From assembly GCA_050084515.1 (NCBI GenBank), contig CM114271.1:33852001-33916000 (forward strand): a stretch of DNA of 64,000 bases, written 5' to 3'. Of the stretch, positions 63,131-64,000 are shown piece by piece; the first letter of the stretch is position 1, and the number at the start of each line of letters is the position of its first letter. The position numbers and the translations under genes were made by a program. The notes below the pieces were generated by a model. That model was given only the letters and a program-made list of their open reading frames with translations. It was not told the DNA's origin and did no database searches. The stretch comes from Blasia pusilla. Its lineage: Eukaryota.

Positions 63131-64000
63131 TTCTTATGAGAAGAAACAAGGCTTGTTGCACCCTTTGCCAATTCCAGATGGACTCTTGCTGAGTGTAAGT
63201 ATGGACTTCATTACGAGTCTTCTGGAGTCTGAGGGATACAATGTTATACTTGTGATAGCTCATGAGTGCAGCAAGTCGGGGAGATTTGTGCCAATGGTGG
63301 GCTCCACGATGACCTATACGACTTCTTGATTGTTCTTGGATATTTATTGGCGCGCTTATGGGTTGCTTAGGAGTACTGTTTCAGATTGGGATCCGAAGTT
63401 TACCGGTGCTTTTTGAAAGCACTTATTCATAAGGTTTTGAGTACTTCCTTTTATTTGTAGACGGATGGATAGAAGGAAGAGGTAAACTTGATCGTGAATC
63501 AGTACTTAAGGAATTACGTGAGTGTGGATCAGCGAGATTGGGCAAAGTGGCTAAGTATGGCTGAGTACTCTTACAACTCGACCAAGCATTGTGCAACAAG
63601 AGAATCTCTATTTCTTTTGGCTCATAGACTTGAGCCAGAAGGACCTCTTGACCTTGCGCTTCCAAGGGTACTACATCGGCATAGACCCGAAAAATAACGG
63701 CAAAAGGTTTGTTAGTGGAGATGCGAGAACCAGAGGAGAGAGCAAGAAGAAGTCTTGCAAAGGCTCAACTAAGGTAAGTTAAGCATGCTAACAAGATTCA
63801 GCGCCAAGAATGATTCCATGTAGGGGAGCAAGTGTGGTTGAGTGTGAAGAATTTCACTCTTTTGAAGGAGTTGTCTGCGGGCTATCTGCCATGTATGTTG
63901 GACCGTATGTGATCAAGGAAAACCCGTTTAAGGACATGTATACATTGGAGCTTCCAAAAGAATACAATTCATTTGACTTTCCATGTGCCATTATTGAAGA
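63131..64000 (+). mobile_element. Host Ty3/gypsy: integrase core and GPY/F region, degenerate
   Basis: GLLHPLPIP....VSMDFITSL, SDWDPKFTG, NQYLRNYV...DWAKWLSMAEYSYNS, GPYVI...YTLELP...TFHVPLLK. Confidence 0.9.

Overview
This is eukaryotic nuclear DNA, most likely from a seed-free land plant (inferred from GT-AG spliced genes, AT-rich intergenic DNA, CRE-type LINE remnants and Ty3/gypsy elements). It is gene-poor and rich in transposable elements. Three host genes are supported: an intronless BTB/POZ-SPRY gene (minus), a spliced G-patch plus C2H2 zinc-finger gene (minus), and a three-exon MDM35/TRIAP1-like twin-CX9C gene (plus) with a decayed LINE in intron 2. The left half holds small non-autonomous Helitrons, hAT-like MITEs, two CRE endonuclease fragments and several tandem or inverted repeats. 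The main result is at 52024-62078: a decayed Ty3/gypsy LTR retrotransposon with TG..CA ends and a 4-bp TTGG target-site duplication. Its pol region carries a C5 DNA cytosine methyltransferase domain (motifs I, IV, VI and VIII, DNMT3-like) after the protease, and a PHD finger after the integrase, so it has both a methylation writer and a chromatin reader. It is nested in an older gypsy element that has a base-precise 11.3-kb inversion (51792-63130), and a third gypsy LTR interrupts it. All calls were made by eye, without database searches.
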